Shown here: in pieces, positions 1 through 11,251 of the stretch
Layout: each line of letters starts with the position of its first letter
How positions within the stretch are numbered: the first letter of the stretch is position 1
NCBI GenBank assembly: GCA_021819085.1
Contig: JAKASJ010000016.1
Coordinates: 6,551 to 70,550, forward strand
Origin: Pseudomonadota bacterium
GTDB lineage: Bacteria > Pseudomonadota > Gammaproteobacteria > Acidiferrobacterales > UBA6901
Length of the DNA stretch: 64,000 nt
Direction of reading: 5' to 3'
Program-made: the position numbers and the translations under genes
The notes under the pieces: model-generated
Told to the model about the DNA's origin: nothing
The model's database searches: none
Seen by the model: the letters and a program-made list of their open reading frames with translations, nothing else

Positions 1-162
1 GGTTCGTCCTGTTCCGACCGGAACAGTCGGATCGCCCGCGCTGGGGTTGGCACATAAATTGGCGTACAATGCAGCCGCTGCGGCGCCTAATTGCGGGTTG
101 CCGTACCATAACAATACGACAAAATTCCACCTTATCCGGTCTGTCAGAAGGACACACGTTCC

Positions 163-1494
163 ATGAAACTCACCGTTGTTGGCACTGGCTATGTGGGGCT
201 GGTTACCGGCGCCTGTTTCGCCGAAATGGGCAACACCGTCACCTGTGTGGACATCGATGCGGAAAAAATTGCGCGTCTCAATGAGGGGATCCTGCCCATC
301 TACGAGCCCGGCCTCGATACGGTGGTTGAGAACAACCATCTCAGCGGCCGGTTGCGCTTTACGACCTCGCTGCCAGAAGCGATGTCGGATTCCAATCTCT
401 ATTTCATTGCTGTCGGAACACCGCCCGGAGAAGACGGTTCGGCGGATCTGCAGTATGTCCTTGCCGTGGCACGCGAGATCGGCAAGCACCTCGAGACTTA
501 CAGCGTCATTGTCGACAAGTCGACCGTTCCGGTCGGCACGGCCGACAAGGTTCAGAAGGCGATCGCCGAGCAGCTCGCCGCGCGCGGTGCCGATATCCAG
601 TTCGATGTGGTGAGCAATCCGGAATTCCTGAAGGAAGGCGCTGCGGTCGATGACTTCATGCGCCCGGACCGGATTGTGGTCGGATGCGCGAGCGAACGCG
701 CCCAGGACATCATGCGTGAGCTCTATGCGCCGTTCAACCGCAGTCACGAGCGTACACTGTTCATGGGCGTGCGCGAGGCGGAAATGACGAAATACGCCGC
801 CAATGCGATGCTCGCCACAAAGATCTCGTTCATGAACGAGATTGCAAACCTGTGCGACCTGATGGGCGTGGACGTGGAGAGTGTGCGTCATGGCATCGGC
901 TCGGACAGCCGCATCGGGCACTCCTTCATCTATCCGGGCGTCGGCTACGGGGGCTCGTGCTTTCCGAAGGACGTCAAAGCGCTGGTGCATATGGCCGCCG
1001 AGCACGACTTCGAGCCGCTGGTGCTCCATGCGGTGGAGGCGCGCAATGAAAGCCAGAAACACTACCTGGTCAAAAAGATCCTGCGGCAGTACGGCTCCGA
1101 CCTGAGCGGGCTTACGTTCGGGATCTGGGGGCTGGCCTTCAAGCCGGGCACCGATGACCTGCGTGAAGCCCCGTCACGCGTGCTGCTTGCCGAGCTGTTT
1201 GCGGCCGGAGCACGGGTGCAGGCGTACGATCCCGTGGCCATGGATGCGGCCCGCCGCGAATTTCCGAAGTCCTGGTTCGAGAGGGGGCTTTTGCATCTGG
1301 CGCAGGAGCAGTATGCTGCAATCGATGGTGTCGACGCGCTGGTACTGGTGACCGAGTGGAAGCCGTTCCGTCATCCAGATTTCGACCGTATCAGGAAAAT
1401 CATGAAGACTCCGGTGATCTTCGATGGCCGCAACCAGTACGATCCCACCCATTTGCGCTCCGCAGGGTTTGAATATACCGGCATCGGCCGCTGA
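163..1494 (+). CDS. ugd: UDP-glucose 6-dehydrogenase
   Basis: 443-aa ORF. N-terminal Rossmann loop [16 protein letters not shown] and active-site region [11 protein letters not shown] are typical of the UDP-glucose/GDP-mannose dehydrogenase family. It is followed by galU. Confidence 0.9.
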   Translation: MKLTVVGTGYVGLVTGACFAEMGNTVTCVDIDAEKIARLNEGILPIYEPGLDTVVENNHLSGRLRFTTSLPEAMSDSNLYFIAVGTPPGEDGSADLQYVLAVAREIGKHLETYSVIVDKSTVPVGTADKVQKAIAEQLAARGADIQFDVVSNPEFLKEGAAVDDFMRPDRIVVGCASERAQDIMRELYAPFNRSHERTLFMGVREAEMTKYAANAMLATKISFMNEIANLCDLMGVDVESVRHGIGSDSRIGHSFIYPGVGYGGSCFPKDVKALVHMAAEHDFEPLVLHAVEARNESQKHYLVKKILRQYGSDLSGLTFGIWGLAFKPGTDDLREAPSRVLLAELFAAGARVQAYDPVAMDAARREFPKSWFERGLLHLAQEQYAAIDGVDALVLVTEWKPFRHPDFDRIRKIMKTPVIFDGRNQYDPTHLRSAGFEYTGIGR

Positions 1495-1515
1495 TCCGAG
1501 ACAAGAGACTGTACA

Positions 1516-2385
1516 ATGGCGCGACTGACCAAGGCAGTATTTCCGGTGGCTGGCATGGGCACGCGATTCCTGCCGGTGACCAAGGCGAGTCCCAAGGAAA
1601 TGCTGCCGATCGTGGACAAGCCGCTCATCCAGTATGCAGTGGAGGAGGCGGTCGCAGCCGGCATCACCGAACTCATATTCGTCACCGGCCGCAACAAGCG
1701 CGCGATCGAGGATCATTTCGATACGGCTTACGAGCTCGAGAACGAGCTCGAGCTCAAGGGAAAGACCGACCTGCTCAGAATGACGCGCTCGGTACTCCCG
1801 GACCAGGTTTCCTGCGTCTATCTGCGCCAGCCCCAGGCGCTCGGTCTCGGACATGCGGTTTTATGTGCGAAACAGGTCGTGGGGAACGATCCTTTCGCCG
1901 TCATTCTGGCCGACGATCTGATCAGCGGCGAGATTCCGGCGCTACGTCAGATGGCCGATGAGTTCGAGCAGCAGCAATGTTCGATCGTCGCGGTGCAGCA
2001 GGTGGCGCGCGAGGATACGCGCCAGTATGGAATCGTGGAGACCCGTCCGCTCAGCGGGCCGGTGAGCCGGGTAGCGGGAATCGTGGAAAAGCCGCGGCCC
2101 GAGGATGCCCCATCGACCCTCGCGGTGGTAGGCCGTTACATCCTGACGCCAGGGATATTCGCCTGCCTGGAAGCGGTGCAGCCCGGGGCGGGCGGCGAGA
2201 TCCAGCTGACCGACGCGATCGCGCGTTTACTGGACACCGAGCAGGTGTTAGCCTACGAATTCGAAGGCAAACGCTACGATTGTGGCAGCAAACTGGGCTA
2301 TCTGCAGGCGACGGTGGAGTATACGCTCAGGCACCCGGAGCTGGAGGGCGAGTTCCGCGAGTACCTCCGGAACCTTGAGCTGTAG
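1516..2385 (+). CDS. galU: UTP--glucose-1-phosphate uridylyltransferase
   Basis: 289 aa. N-terminus [35 protein letters not shown] and the VEKP motif are as in GalU. Confidence 0.9.
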   Translation: MARLTKAVFPVAGMGTRFLPVTKASPKEMLPIVDKPLIQYAVEEAVAAGITELIFVTGRNKRAIEDHFDTAYELENELELKGKTDLLRMTRSVLPDQVSCVYLRQPQALGLGHAVLCAKQVVGNDPFAVILADDLISGEIPALRQMADEFEQQQCSIVAVQQVAREDTRQYGIVETRPLSGPVSRVAGIVEKPRPEDAPSTLAVVGRYILTPGIFACLEAVQPGAGGEIQLTDAIARLLDTEQVLAYEFEGKRYDCGSKLGYLQATVEYTLRHPELEGEFREYLRNLEL

Positions 2386-2475
2386 GCCGCCTGCGCCGGG
2401 GCCGGGAATCGGTGCAGGACGGATTCCCCCGGGGAATGGCGGGCCATCTGGCATATCGGTATATTAGAAGATACT

Positions 2476-2504
2476 TTATTATCTTGCCGGGACACCGATA
2501 TAAT
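2476..2504 (+). promoter_or_regulatory. putative sigma70-type promoter (TTATTA - 17 nt - TATAAT) upstream of the DsrE-like gene
   Basis: A perfect TATAAT at 2499-2504 lies in a locally AT-rich patch, with a weak -35 TTATTA at 2476-2481 and a 17-nt spacer. It sits 87 nt upstream of the ATG at 2591. Sequence inspection only. Confidence 0.3.
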
Positions 2505-2590
2505 GCAGACTTGATTTTCCATGCCGTGACCAACCCGTTTCAGGCTGTGTCACACTCGTTGCTGCGCGCGCGAATTACGGAGACCCGAAG

Positions 2591-2959
2591 ATGCCCCATA
2601 AACTGATGATCGTGATGGTGAATACCAATCCTGCCAACGGAGCGGAACTGGGGGCGCCCTTTTTCCAGGCTACCGTGGCCGCCGCGATGGAGTACGAAGT
2701 AGAGGTCATCCTCACCGCGCTTGCCGGCGAATTGGCCATAAAGGGTGTAGCGGAAAAGCTGCACGTCCAGGCAGGCAGCCCCAAGAGTGTTTACGACTTC
2801 ATCAAGGAAGCGCACGAGGCGGGGGTGCACTTCAAGGTCTGCACTCCGACCCTGGAACTCTGGGGGAGGGATTTGATTCCGGAAATCGAGGAGACGGTCG
2901 GCGGTGCCTATGTCATCAGCGAGGCGATGGACGACGATACCGTCACCTTCACCTACTGA
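2591..2959 (+). CDS. DsrE/DsrF-like (peroxiredoxin-like) small protein
   Basis: 122 aa. The overall pattern ([11 protein letters not shown]...[17 protein letters not shown]...G....K) resembles the small DsrE family fold. GGAG lies upstream of the ATG. Confidence 0.5.
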   Translation: MPHKLMIVMVNTNPANGAELGAPFFQATVAAAMEYEVEVILTALAGELAIKGVAEKLHVQAGSPKSVYDFIKEAHEAGVHFKVCTPTLELWGRDLIPEIEETVGGAYVISEAMDDDTVTFTY

Positions 2960-3000
2960 CCGCCATCCCGCAACCCTTTCCTGAGCGGATTCCTTCGAGC

Positions 3001-4322
<1,322 letters not shown>

Positions 4323-4337
4323 CCGAGATTCGGTGAC

Positions 4338-4988
4338 CTAATTCGTGCCGCCAGCGGCCGCGGATTGTGTGGCGGGCGCAGCGCCGGCAACCGGCGTCGT
4401 GGCCGGCACGCGAGTCACTCTCAGTAATACGCCGAACATCGGATGATCGAAGTAATTTACCTGATTGGGACGGATGCGACGCTGATCGTCCAAACGGTAC
4501 AGGACTGGGGCAGCGGGCGCGCCGAATATTGACGCACCGCTGTCCGGCGCCGGCTCCTTGAGCAGCAGGTGCAACACCACGTGCATGTACTGGTTCAAGT
4601 AGAACCGTACAGTGCCATCCAGTTCCTGCGGGTTGCCCGGTTCCGATGCGCTAATCCGTACCGGCTTGCTCGCGAACCGTGTTTCCGCGGTCTCGATCCA
4701 GCTGTCGTGGACCAACAGCTGATAGTGCGGGTTTCCGCTCAGGGCGATGGCAGCATCGGACAGTACCGAATCAACGGGCGGTGCGGGAACCGGAGAGACC
4801 GCATTGGCGAGGTCCTTGATGACCGGGTTCACCGTATCCTGTGTCCATAGTTCGTTGCCGACGAGGCTCGGCATGAGGTTGCGGAATACCAGCACTTCCA
4901 CTTCGTAGTTGTTGCTCTGATTGCTGGGTGCTGCCTGGGCGGTGGCCACAGTGAAAAACAAGAGGGCGATGAGGATGATTCGGGACAC
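4338..4988 (-). CDS. CsiV-like (DUF2803-like) periplasmic protein
   Basis: 216 aa. A signal peptide (MSRIILIALLFFTVATAQA) is followed by YEVEVLVFRN, the N-terminal signature I associate with CsiV-family proteins. Family call from memory. Confidence 0.45.
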   Translation of the reverse strand: MSRIILIALLFFTVATAQAAPSNQSNNYEVEVLVFRNLMPSLVGNELWTQDTVNPVIKDLANAVSPVPAPPVDSVLSDAAIALSGNPHYQLLVHDSWIETAETRFASKPVRISASEPGNPQELDGTVRFYLNQYMHVVLHLLLKEPAPDSGASIFGAPAAPVLYRLDDQRRIRPNQVNYFDHPMFGVLLRVTRVPATTPVAGAAPATQSAAAGGTN

Positions 4989-5088
4989 CTGGATTTCCTT
5001 TGTTCGATCGGTAATAGCGGATCTTTAATGAAGATGTAAGTCCAGACCGGATTGTCACGTTGTGGTTCCCGGCGGGGCTCGAAACCTC

Positions 5089-5116
5089 TTGTCAGATCCG
5101 GTCGAAACGATAGTAT
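5089..5116 (+). promoter_or_regulatory. putative promoter for def (TTGTCA - 16 nt - TAGTAT)
   Basis: Hexamers found by eye 64 nt upstream of the def ATG. No experimental support. Confidence 0.25.
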
Positions 5117-5179
5117 GTCTCAAGAACCTGGGTTTTGGCGAGAGTTGCCGGACGAAGCGACGGCCGGTCAGGAGGCGCG

Positions 5180-5698
5180 ATGGCGGTGAGGCGCGTATTG
5201 AAGATGGGTGACCCCGTGCTTTACCGGGTCGCGGATCCCGTGGGGGAATTCAACACCCGGGAACTGGATGCGTTAATCGGCGATATGTTCGACACGATGG
5301 CCGCGCTCAATGGCGCCGGGCTCGCGGCCCCGCAGATCGGGGTATCCCGGCGCGTCGTGATTTTCGGGGTGGAGGCCAATCCGCGCTATCCGGATGTGGA
5401 ACCGGTGCCGACCACCGTGCTGATCAATCCGGTCATCGAGATCCTGTCGCCTGAGATGGACGACGGCTGGGAGGGCTGTCTGAGTGTACCGGGCATGCGC
5501 GGGCTCGTGAGACGTGCCACCCGGCTGCGTTATTCCGGGTTCGATCAGAAGGGCGAGCCGATCGAGCGCGTGGCAACGCAGTTCCATGCGCGGGTGGTGC
5601 AGCACGAGTGCGATCATCTCGATGGTATCCTGTATCCGATGCGCCTGAAGGACATGCGCCTGTTCGGTTACGAGGATGCCCTGTTCCCGGAAATGTAA
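5180..5698 (+). CDS. def: peptide deformylase
   Basis: Motifs [16 protein letters not shown] and QHECDHLDG are present. I prefer the ATG at 5180 (AGGAGG 4 nt upstream) over the ORF-track start at 5135. Confidence 0.9.
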   Translation: MAVRRVLKMGDPVLYRVADPVGEFNTRELDALIGDMFDTMAALNGAGLAAPQIGVSRRVVIFGVEANPRYPDVEPVPTTVLINPVIEILSPEMDDGWEGCLSVPGMRGLVRRATRLRYSGFDQKGEPIERVATQFHARVVQHECDHLDGILYPMRLKDMRLFGYEDALFPEM

Positions 5699-5786
5699 TG
5701 CAGCAAAGGAAGAAACCGGCAACTCCGTACCGTCTGCGGAAGGACAGGACCCGCAGGGGGGAGCGGCCTGGTTTCGCGGGCGTGTG

Positions 5787-6297
5787 CTACGGACGTGCCA
5801 GCATCTGGTCATTGCCTGCGACCGGCCGGCCACGGTGAAGCCCTGCGCAGTCTCTGGAGGGCATAGGCCCCTGCCCGAGGAGTTTGGTCTGGGCGGATTC
5901 TAGAGGCTCGTCTCGGATCTGCTGCTGCACACCAGTCTCGATGCTGTCGCGTATTTGTGCGTGGTGCTGCACTGCCGCTGCGAGCCAAGGAAGGCGCGAA
6001 GCGCCGAGGCGAGTAGTCCGGGAGGCGTAGGGTCCGGGCGGGTGGCCGAAGGCCACCTGCAAGGACACCCGAAACGCCGTCCAGACATATTGTGGGGCGA
6101 GCGTTTCGCGCGCGCCGAAAGCGCGCGCGGCGCACATACGGAGCCGTGCACAGTCGCCGCAGTGATCGTCCGAGCGAAAATCGTCCTGGAAGCCGTCCTT
6201 CATCCGCGATATCCGTTTCGTTCCCGGGTAATTCCTGACGCAGCGTGCCCGGCAGCACTGCGGTTCCGGTGCCGAGCAGCCTATTGCCCCAGGGCAT
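5787..6297 (-). pseudogene. decayed, frameshifted tandem paralog of the adjacent AbiEii-like nucleotidyltransferase
   Basis: Two minus-strand frames each match part of the intact neighbour. Frame of ORF 5809..6297: LLGTGTAVLPG..NETDIAD versus LVGGTASAVYAG..SNDADHV. Frame of ORF 5787..6377: IETGVQQQIRDEPLESAQTKLLGQ versus IETGVRQLIRDEPLETTQIELLGQ. The C-terminal third is missing. Confidence 0.5.
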
Positions 6298-6982
6298 CCT
6301 CCAGCCCGATGATCTGATCGAAGATCAGCATGGCGCAGTCGGCGCACGCTGCCTTGACGGTCTGCCAGTTGTGCCAACGCGCGTCGAGGTGCTTGTATTC
6401 TGCCAGATTCATTTCTTCAAGGTCGTAAGGCAGCGGGTCTGCGAGCTGAATCTGTAGCTGCTGCAGGGCCGATTCGTCGTTCGGCTGCGGATAGATCCTG
6501 TCGAGGGAACGCAGGGCTTCGATAGTCTTCCCCGTGCCCAGGCGATCGGCCAGGGCGACGAAATCCAGGTAGTCTCGGGTGGCATTGCGCTTGAGGATCA
6601 GCGCACCCTTGATGCGCAGGATATCCGCTTCAGTCGGAACGGTTAGCCTCTGTCCGAGGAGTTCGATCTGGGTAGTTTCCAGCGGCTCGTCCCGGATCAA
6701 CTGCCGCACACCGGTCTCGATGCCGTCGAGACTGCCGAGTATTTGCACGGGGCGCTGGACACGGGCCGTTTTCCGGCCAGCGACAGATTCCAGTTGGGCG
6801 AGGACTTGGTCGAACCGCTCCCGGAGGTCGGTCAACACGTGATCGGCGTCGTTGGACAACCGATGGCCTGCGTACACTGCCGATGCAGTGCCGCCCACGA
6901 GGACCGCCTCCGGCAGGAGGCGCTGCAGGTGGGCAGCGGAGGACAAGACGCGCTCCCACTCAGGCAAGGTGTCGTTCGGCAT
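6281..6982 (-). CDS. AbiEii/AbiGii-family nucleotidyltransferase (type IV toxin-like)
   Basis: 233 aa. The motif LVGGTASAVYAGHRLSNDADHV matches the GG[ST]A...R.S.D.D nucleotidyltransferase signature of DUF1814/AbiEii proteins. It overlaps the upstream small ORF by 23 nt. Confidence 0.7.
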   Translation of the reverse strand: MPNDTLPEWERVLSSAAHLQRLLPEAVLVGGTASAVYAGHRLSNDADHVLTDLRERFDQVLAQLESVAGRKTARVQRPVQILGSLDGIETGVRQLIRDEPLETTQIELLGQRLTVPTEADILRIKGALILKRNATRDYLDFVALADRLGTGKTIEALRSLDRIYPQPNDESALQQLQIQLADPLPYDLEEMNLAEYKHLDARWHNWQTVKAACADCAMLIFDQIIGLEDALGQ

Positions 6983-7235
6983 AGCGCTTCCAAAAGTGAT
7001 ATCGCTGGGCGTAGGGGTCCGTCTCGTGAGCCAGGCACACGCGCACTACCTTCTCGAGAACGAGTCGGTCCTCCAGCGCTGCCTGGCGCAGTTCAGCCCA
7101 ATCTCGCCGCTTTCCGCGTCCGATCACGTCGTCGATCGCAGCAAGCGTGAAGTCGTGATGTGTTAAATGACGATGGCGCATAGGAGGATAGGGCTTTACA
7201 CTTTTCGATAACGGAAGTATACGGCAGAGATCCAT
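6960..7235 (-). CDS. small putative antitoxin partner of the AbiEii-like gene
   Basis: 91-aa ORF, or 73 aa from the ATG at 7181. It overlaps the toxin start, which is typical TA operon geometry. No family recognised and no clear SD for either start. Confidence 0.4.
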   Translation of the reverse strand: MDLCRILPLSKSVKPYPPMRHRHLTHHDFTLAAIDDVIGRGKRRDWAELRQAALEDRLVLEKVVRVCLAHETDPYAQRYHFWKRYAERHLA

Positions 7236-7302
7236 GTGATGGCAGCTGGATTTTTGCGTTCTTCCCGCAGGCCCATCCCAAAATGGTGCCGTAGCTATTC
7301 CT

Positions 7303-10300
7303 TCACGTCCCGCTCACCTGAGCGGCCGGCTCTCGTGCCGGCGCAAGCGAGTCGAACAGCGTCTGCAGTGCCTGGATCCGGTCCGCTGCATGGGGAAACT
7401 CTCCGACGATTCGCAGGCGAGTGGGGCCGCCCAGCCGGTAGGTCCGCGGGTTGGATTGCAAGAGACCGATGAGTGCGCCCGGGTCGACGTTCGCAGTGGC
7501 GGAAAACTCGATGCGGGCGCCTTTGGGTCCGGCCTCGATCTTGCGGATGCCGAAAGCATTCGCGCGCATCTTGAGCTCCATGATTTTGAACAGCACCTTG
7601 GCGGCGTCCGGCAGCAGACCGAAGCGGTCTATCAACTCGGCCTGGAGGTCTGAAAGCTCCTGGCGGCCGGCAGTCCCGGCGATGCGCTTGTACAGGATCA
7701 GGCGCATGTGCACATCGGGAATATAATCCTCGGGCAACAGCGCCGGGACGTGCAGATTGATCTCGGCACCGACTTGGGGTGGCGCTTCCAGGTCGACAGT
7801 GTGTCCTGCCTTGATCGAAGCAACGGCGCGATTGAGCAGCTCCGAATACAGCGTGAAACCGACTTCGTCGATCTGGCCGCTTTGCGCCTCGCCAAGCAGT
7901 TCGCCGGCCCCGCGGATTTCCAGGTCATGGGAAGCAAGGGCAAAGCCGGCACCCAGGTCCTCGATCGAGGCGATGGCCTCCAGTCGCTTGAGAGCGTCGC
8001 CGGTGATCGCGCTGCGGGGCGGAATGAGCAGGTAGGCGTAGGCGCGGTGATGGGAACGTCCGACGCGGCCCCGCAGCTGATGCAGCTGTGCAAGGCCGAA
8101 CTTGTCCGCGCGCTCTATGATGATGGTGTTGGCGCTCGGGATATCGATGCCGGTCTCGATGATCGTGCTGCACAGCAGCACATTGAAGCGCTGGTGGTAA
8201 AAATCCACCATGACGCGTTCCAGATCACGTTCCGGCATCTGGCCGTGCGCGACGCGGATTTCAGCCTCGGGCACCAGAGCCTCGAGTTGGTGCAGCGCCT
8301 TGTCCATGGTCTTCACGTCGTTGTGCAGAAAGTAAACCTGGCCGCCGCGGCGGATCTCGCGCAGGCAGGCTTCCCGCAGAAGCGCATCGTTGCGTTCCGA
8401 CACGAAGGTCTTCACTGACAGGCGCGCCTCGGGTGCCGTCGCGATCATCGATATGTCGCGCAGCCCCGACATTGCCAGGTTCAGGGTGCGGGGAACGGGT
8501 GTCGCGGTGAGGGTAAGTATGTCGACCTCGCTGCGCAGTTTCTTCAGCCGTTCCTTCTGACGTACGCCAAAGCGGTGTTCTTCATCGATGATCAGGAGTC
8601 CGAGCCGCTTGAAGCGCACATCGTCCTGCAGCAGCCGGTGTGTTCCGATCACGATGTCCACGTCCCCGGAAGCGAGTTGCGCGAGCGCCTTATCCTGCTC
8701 GGTCTTGGTGCGGAAGCGCGACAGAAGCTCGATTCTTATCGGTGTCGCTGGCTGGAGTGCGGCGCGGTCAGGCGCCCCCGGTTTGGTCAGTGCCGGGTAT
8801 TTTTTCACGTCCGCGAAGCGATCCGAAAAGTTCTGGAAATGCTGCTGGGCGAGCAGCGTGGTCGGCACCAGCACGGCGACCTGGCGCAGGTCCTGGACCG
8901 CCAGGAAGGCGGCACGCATCGCGACTTCCGTCTTGCCAAAGCCGACGTCGCCGCAGATCAGGCGGTCCATCGGGCGGGCGGTTTCCATGTCCTGAATCGT
9001 TTCCTCGATCGCGCGGGCCTGGTCGGGGGTCTCTTCGAACGGAAAGGCTGCGGCGAATGCCGCATAGTGTTCGTCGTGTGTCCGGAATGCGTGACCGGGT
9101 CGGCTCAGGCGCAGCGCCTGCACCTCGAGCAGTTCCACGGCGGCATCGTGCGCTTTCTGCCGCGCGCGCTTCTTGGCCTTCTCCCAGGCATCGCCACCCA
9201 GTCTGTGCAGCGGTGCGTGCTCCGGGTCAGCGCCGGTATAGCGGCTGACGCGCTGCAGATCGGTCACGGGCGTGTACAGCTTGTCGCCGCCCGCGTACTC
9301 CAGCGCCAGGAATTCGGTCGGTCCGTCCCCGACATCCAGAGTCTGCAGGCCGAGGTAGCGTCCAACGCCATGGTCTTCATGGACTACCGGGTCGCCGAGG
9401 CGCAGTTCGGCCAGGTTGCGGATGACTGCCTCCGGGTCGCGCGCGGCCTGGGTGCGGCGACGGCGCTGGGCGGCGCGCTCGCCGTAGAGCTGGGCTTCGG
9501 TGATAACCGCCAGGTGCGGCGAATTGAGCAGCAGGCCTTTTTCGAGAATTGCGACCGTGATGCCGGGGGTTAGATCCGCAGACAAAAATGTCCGCCATCC
9601 CGCACAGGCCTGGAGGTGAATTCCGTGATCCTCGAACAGGGTGCGCAGGACCTCGCGTCGGCCGGCGGTCTCGGCCACCATGAGCAGACGGCCGCGAAAG
9701 CGGCGTATCCAGTCAAAGAGCGCCGCGTGCGGATCCTCGGCCCGGTGGTCGACCGGCAGGCGCGGCGGAATCTCGGTGGCGGCGGCCGCACCGGTTACGG
9801 CGACCGGCGCATCCGCATTGCCGGCCGGCATTGAGACGGCCTGAAGCAGGATGCGGGGACGCCGCCGCAGTTCCCCCTGAAGTTGATCCGGGGCGAGAAA
9901 CAGTTGTTCGGGAGGGAGCACCGGGCGTTCGGTACCGTGACGCAGCAGCGCATAACGTTCGTCCGCCTCTGAACGGAATTTCGCTGCGGCCGTGTCGACC
10001 CCTTCTTCGAGCAGGCACAGAGTTGAAGACGGCAGGTACTCGAACAGGCTCGTGGTCTGCTCGTAGAACAGCGGCAGGTAATATTCGATGCCGGCCGGAC
10101 TGAGCCCCTTGCTCAGATCACGATAGATCGATACTTTCTGCGGGTCACCTTCGAAGCGCGCACGGAATTCCTGGCGGAAGTGCTGGATCGCCGTCGGAGT
10201 CATCGGATATTCGCGCGCGGGCAGCAGCCGGACTGCGGTAAGCCGTTCCCCGGAACGTTGGGTCTCCGGATCGAAGCGGCGGATCGTATCGATCCGGTCG

Positions 10301-10887
10301 CCGAACAGATCGATGCGGTAGGGACTGTCGCTGCCCATGGGAAAGATGTCGATCAGGCCGCCGCGCACAGCGTACTCTCCCGGCTCCATCACCTGGCTGA
10401 CCGATTGGTAGGCGTTGTGCAGCAGTCGCGCGCGGAAGGCGTCCGGTTCCAGCCGCTCTCCCACGTCAAGCACCAGGCTGTGCGACTGTACGTAATCGCG
10501 CGGTGGCAGGCGGTGCATCAGGGTCGATGCGGACAGCAGCACAACGCCCCGATTCAGGCCGGGCAGCAGGGACAGCGTCAGCAGACGCCGGGAGATGATG
10601 TCGGGATGCGGCGAGAATGCGTCGTAGGGCAGGCTCTCCCAGTCCGGAAACGGAAGCACCGGGAGGGATTCCTCCGCATAGAAGCGGATCTCTTCCTCGA
10701 GGCGCTGCGCGGCACGCGTGTCGCGTGTGACCACGAGCAGCGGTCCGTCGTGGCGGCTGGCGCTCTCGGCGATGGCCAGCCCGAAGGCGCTTCCGTGCAG
10801 CTGCGTCCACGCGACGCGTTCTCCCGGGCGTTGCGGCAATGCGGGGCGCAGCAGCCCGCCGGCATCGTCGCCCTGGGTTTCGCTCAT
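7303..10887 (-). CDS. mfd: transcription-repair coupling factor
   Basis: About 1190 aa. Superfamily-2 helicase motifs are present (GDVGFGKTEVAMRAAF, DEEHRFGV, TLTATPVPRT, QLHQLRGRVGRS), as are the CarD-like RNAP-interacting domain and the TRG motif region. Start chosen at MSETQG (10887); the ORF track extends to 10971. Confidence 0.95.
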   Translation of the reverse strand: MSETQGDDAGGLLRPALPQRPGERVAWTQLHGSAFGLAIAESASRHDGPLLVVTRDTRAAQRLEEEIRFYAEESLPVLPFPDWESLPYDAFSPHPDIISRRLLTLSLLPGLNRGVVLLSASTLMHRLPPRDYVQSHSLVLDVGERLEPDAFRARLLHNAYQSVSQVMEPGEYAVRGGLIDIFPMGSDSPYRIDLFGDRIDTIRRFDPETQRSGERLTAVRLLPAREYPMTPTAIQHFRQEFRARFEGDPQKVSIYRDLSKGLSPAGIEYYLPLFYEQTTSLFEYLPSSTLCLLEEGVDTAAAKFRSEADERYALLRHGTERPVLPPEQLFLAPDQLQGELRRRPRILLQAVSMPAGNADAPVAVTGAAAATEIPPRLPVDHRAEDPHAALFDWIRRFRGRLLMVAETAGRREVLRTLFEDHGIHLQACAGWRTFLSADLTPGITVAILEKGLLLNSPHLAVITEAQLYGERAAQRRRRTQAARDPEAVIRNLAELRLGDPVVHEDHGVGRYLGLQTLDVGDGPTEFLALEYAGGDKLYTPVTDLQRVSRYTGADPEHAPLHRLGGDAWEKAKKRARQKAHDAAVELLEVQALRLSRPGHAFRTHDEHYAAFAAAFPFEETPDQARAIEETIQDMETARPMDRLICGDVGFGKTEVAMRAAFLAVQDLRQVAVLVPTTLLAQQHFQNFSDRFADVKKYPALTKPGAPDRAALQPATPIRIELLSRFRTKTEQDKALAQLASGDVDIVIGTHRLLQDDVRFKRLGLLIIDEEHRFGVRQKERLKKLRSEVDILTLTATPVPRTLNLAMSGLRDISMIATAPEARLSVKTFVSERNDALLREACLREIRRGGQVYFLHNDVKTMDKALHQLEALVPEAEIRVAHGQMPERDLERVMVDFYHQRFNVLLCSTIIETGIDIPSANTIIIERADKFGLAQLHQLRGRVGRSHHRAYAYLLIPPRSAITGDALKRLEAIASIEDLGAGFALASHDLEIRGAGELLGEAQSGQIDEVGFTLYSELLNRAVASIKAGHTVDLEAPPQVGAEINLHVPALLPEDYIPDVHMRLILYKRIAGTAGRQELSDLQAELIDRFGLLPDAAKVLFKIMELKMRANAFGIRKIEAGPKGARIEFSATANVDPGALIGLLQSNPRTYRLGGPTRLRIVGEFPHAADRIQALQTLFDSLAPAREPAAQVSGT

Positions 10888-11048
10888 TGTGGTTTGGGTC
10901 CGGGATACACCATTGGGTTCGTTCCGGCGCGCATTGTACTCCATGGGCGGCCTGCGGGAACGCCTGTGCATCCGGAACCCGGAGAGTTATACAGGATATT
11001 TGACAAACAGAAAATAATATTGCTCAATACGTTACGTCGTCTTTCTAC

Positions 11049-11074
11049 AGAAAAAAGGCCGGCACGAGCCGGTA
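11049..11074. other. GC hairpin (CCGGC-ACGA-GCCGG) preceded by A6 on the plus strand, which is followed by U6 on the minus strand
   Basis: Read on the minus strand it looks like an intrinsic terminator about 160 nt upstream of the mfd start. Read on the plus strand it is a 5' stem-loop downstream of a TTGACA at 11000-11005. Confidence 0.35.
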
Positions 11075-11082
11075 ACTGCCTG

Positions 11083-11251
11083 GGTCGGAAGGCTTTCAAG
11101 GTCGGATAGGCTGCGGATGTCGTCAGATTCGGTCCGGGGCGGAAGATCGGTAGGGAAAAGGGCGTCGTACGGAGGCTCGGGGATATGGGCCGGCGTTTCC
11201 GTCAGACCGGAGTCTCGGTAGGAACTCGGTTCGTTGCCTGGTCCGGTTTTT
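11083..11251 (+). ncRNA. candidate GGA-rich sRNA (Csr/Rsm-sponge-like) or structured 5' leader of cdnL
   Basis: 9 GGA triplets lie in 11087-11223, and 12 by 11272. A long-range stem ACCGGA(11206-11211)/TCCGGT(11242-11247) is followed by a T run to 11251. Hypothesis only. Confidence 0.2.
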
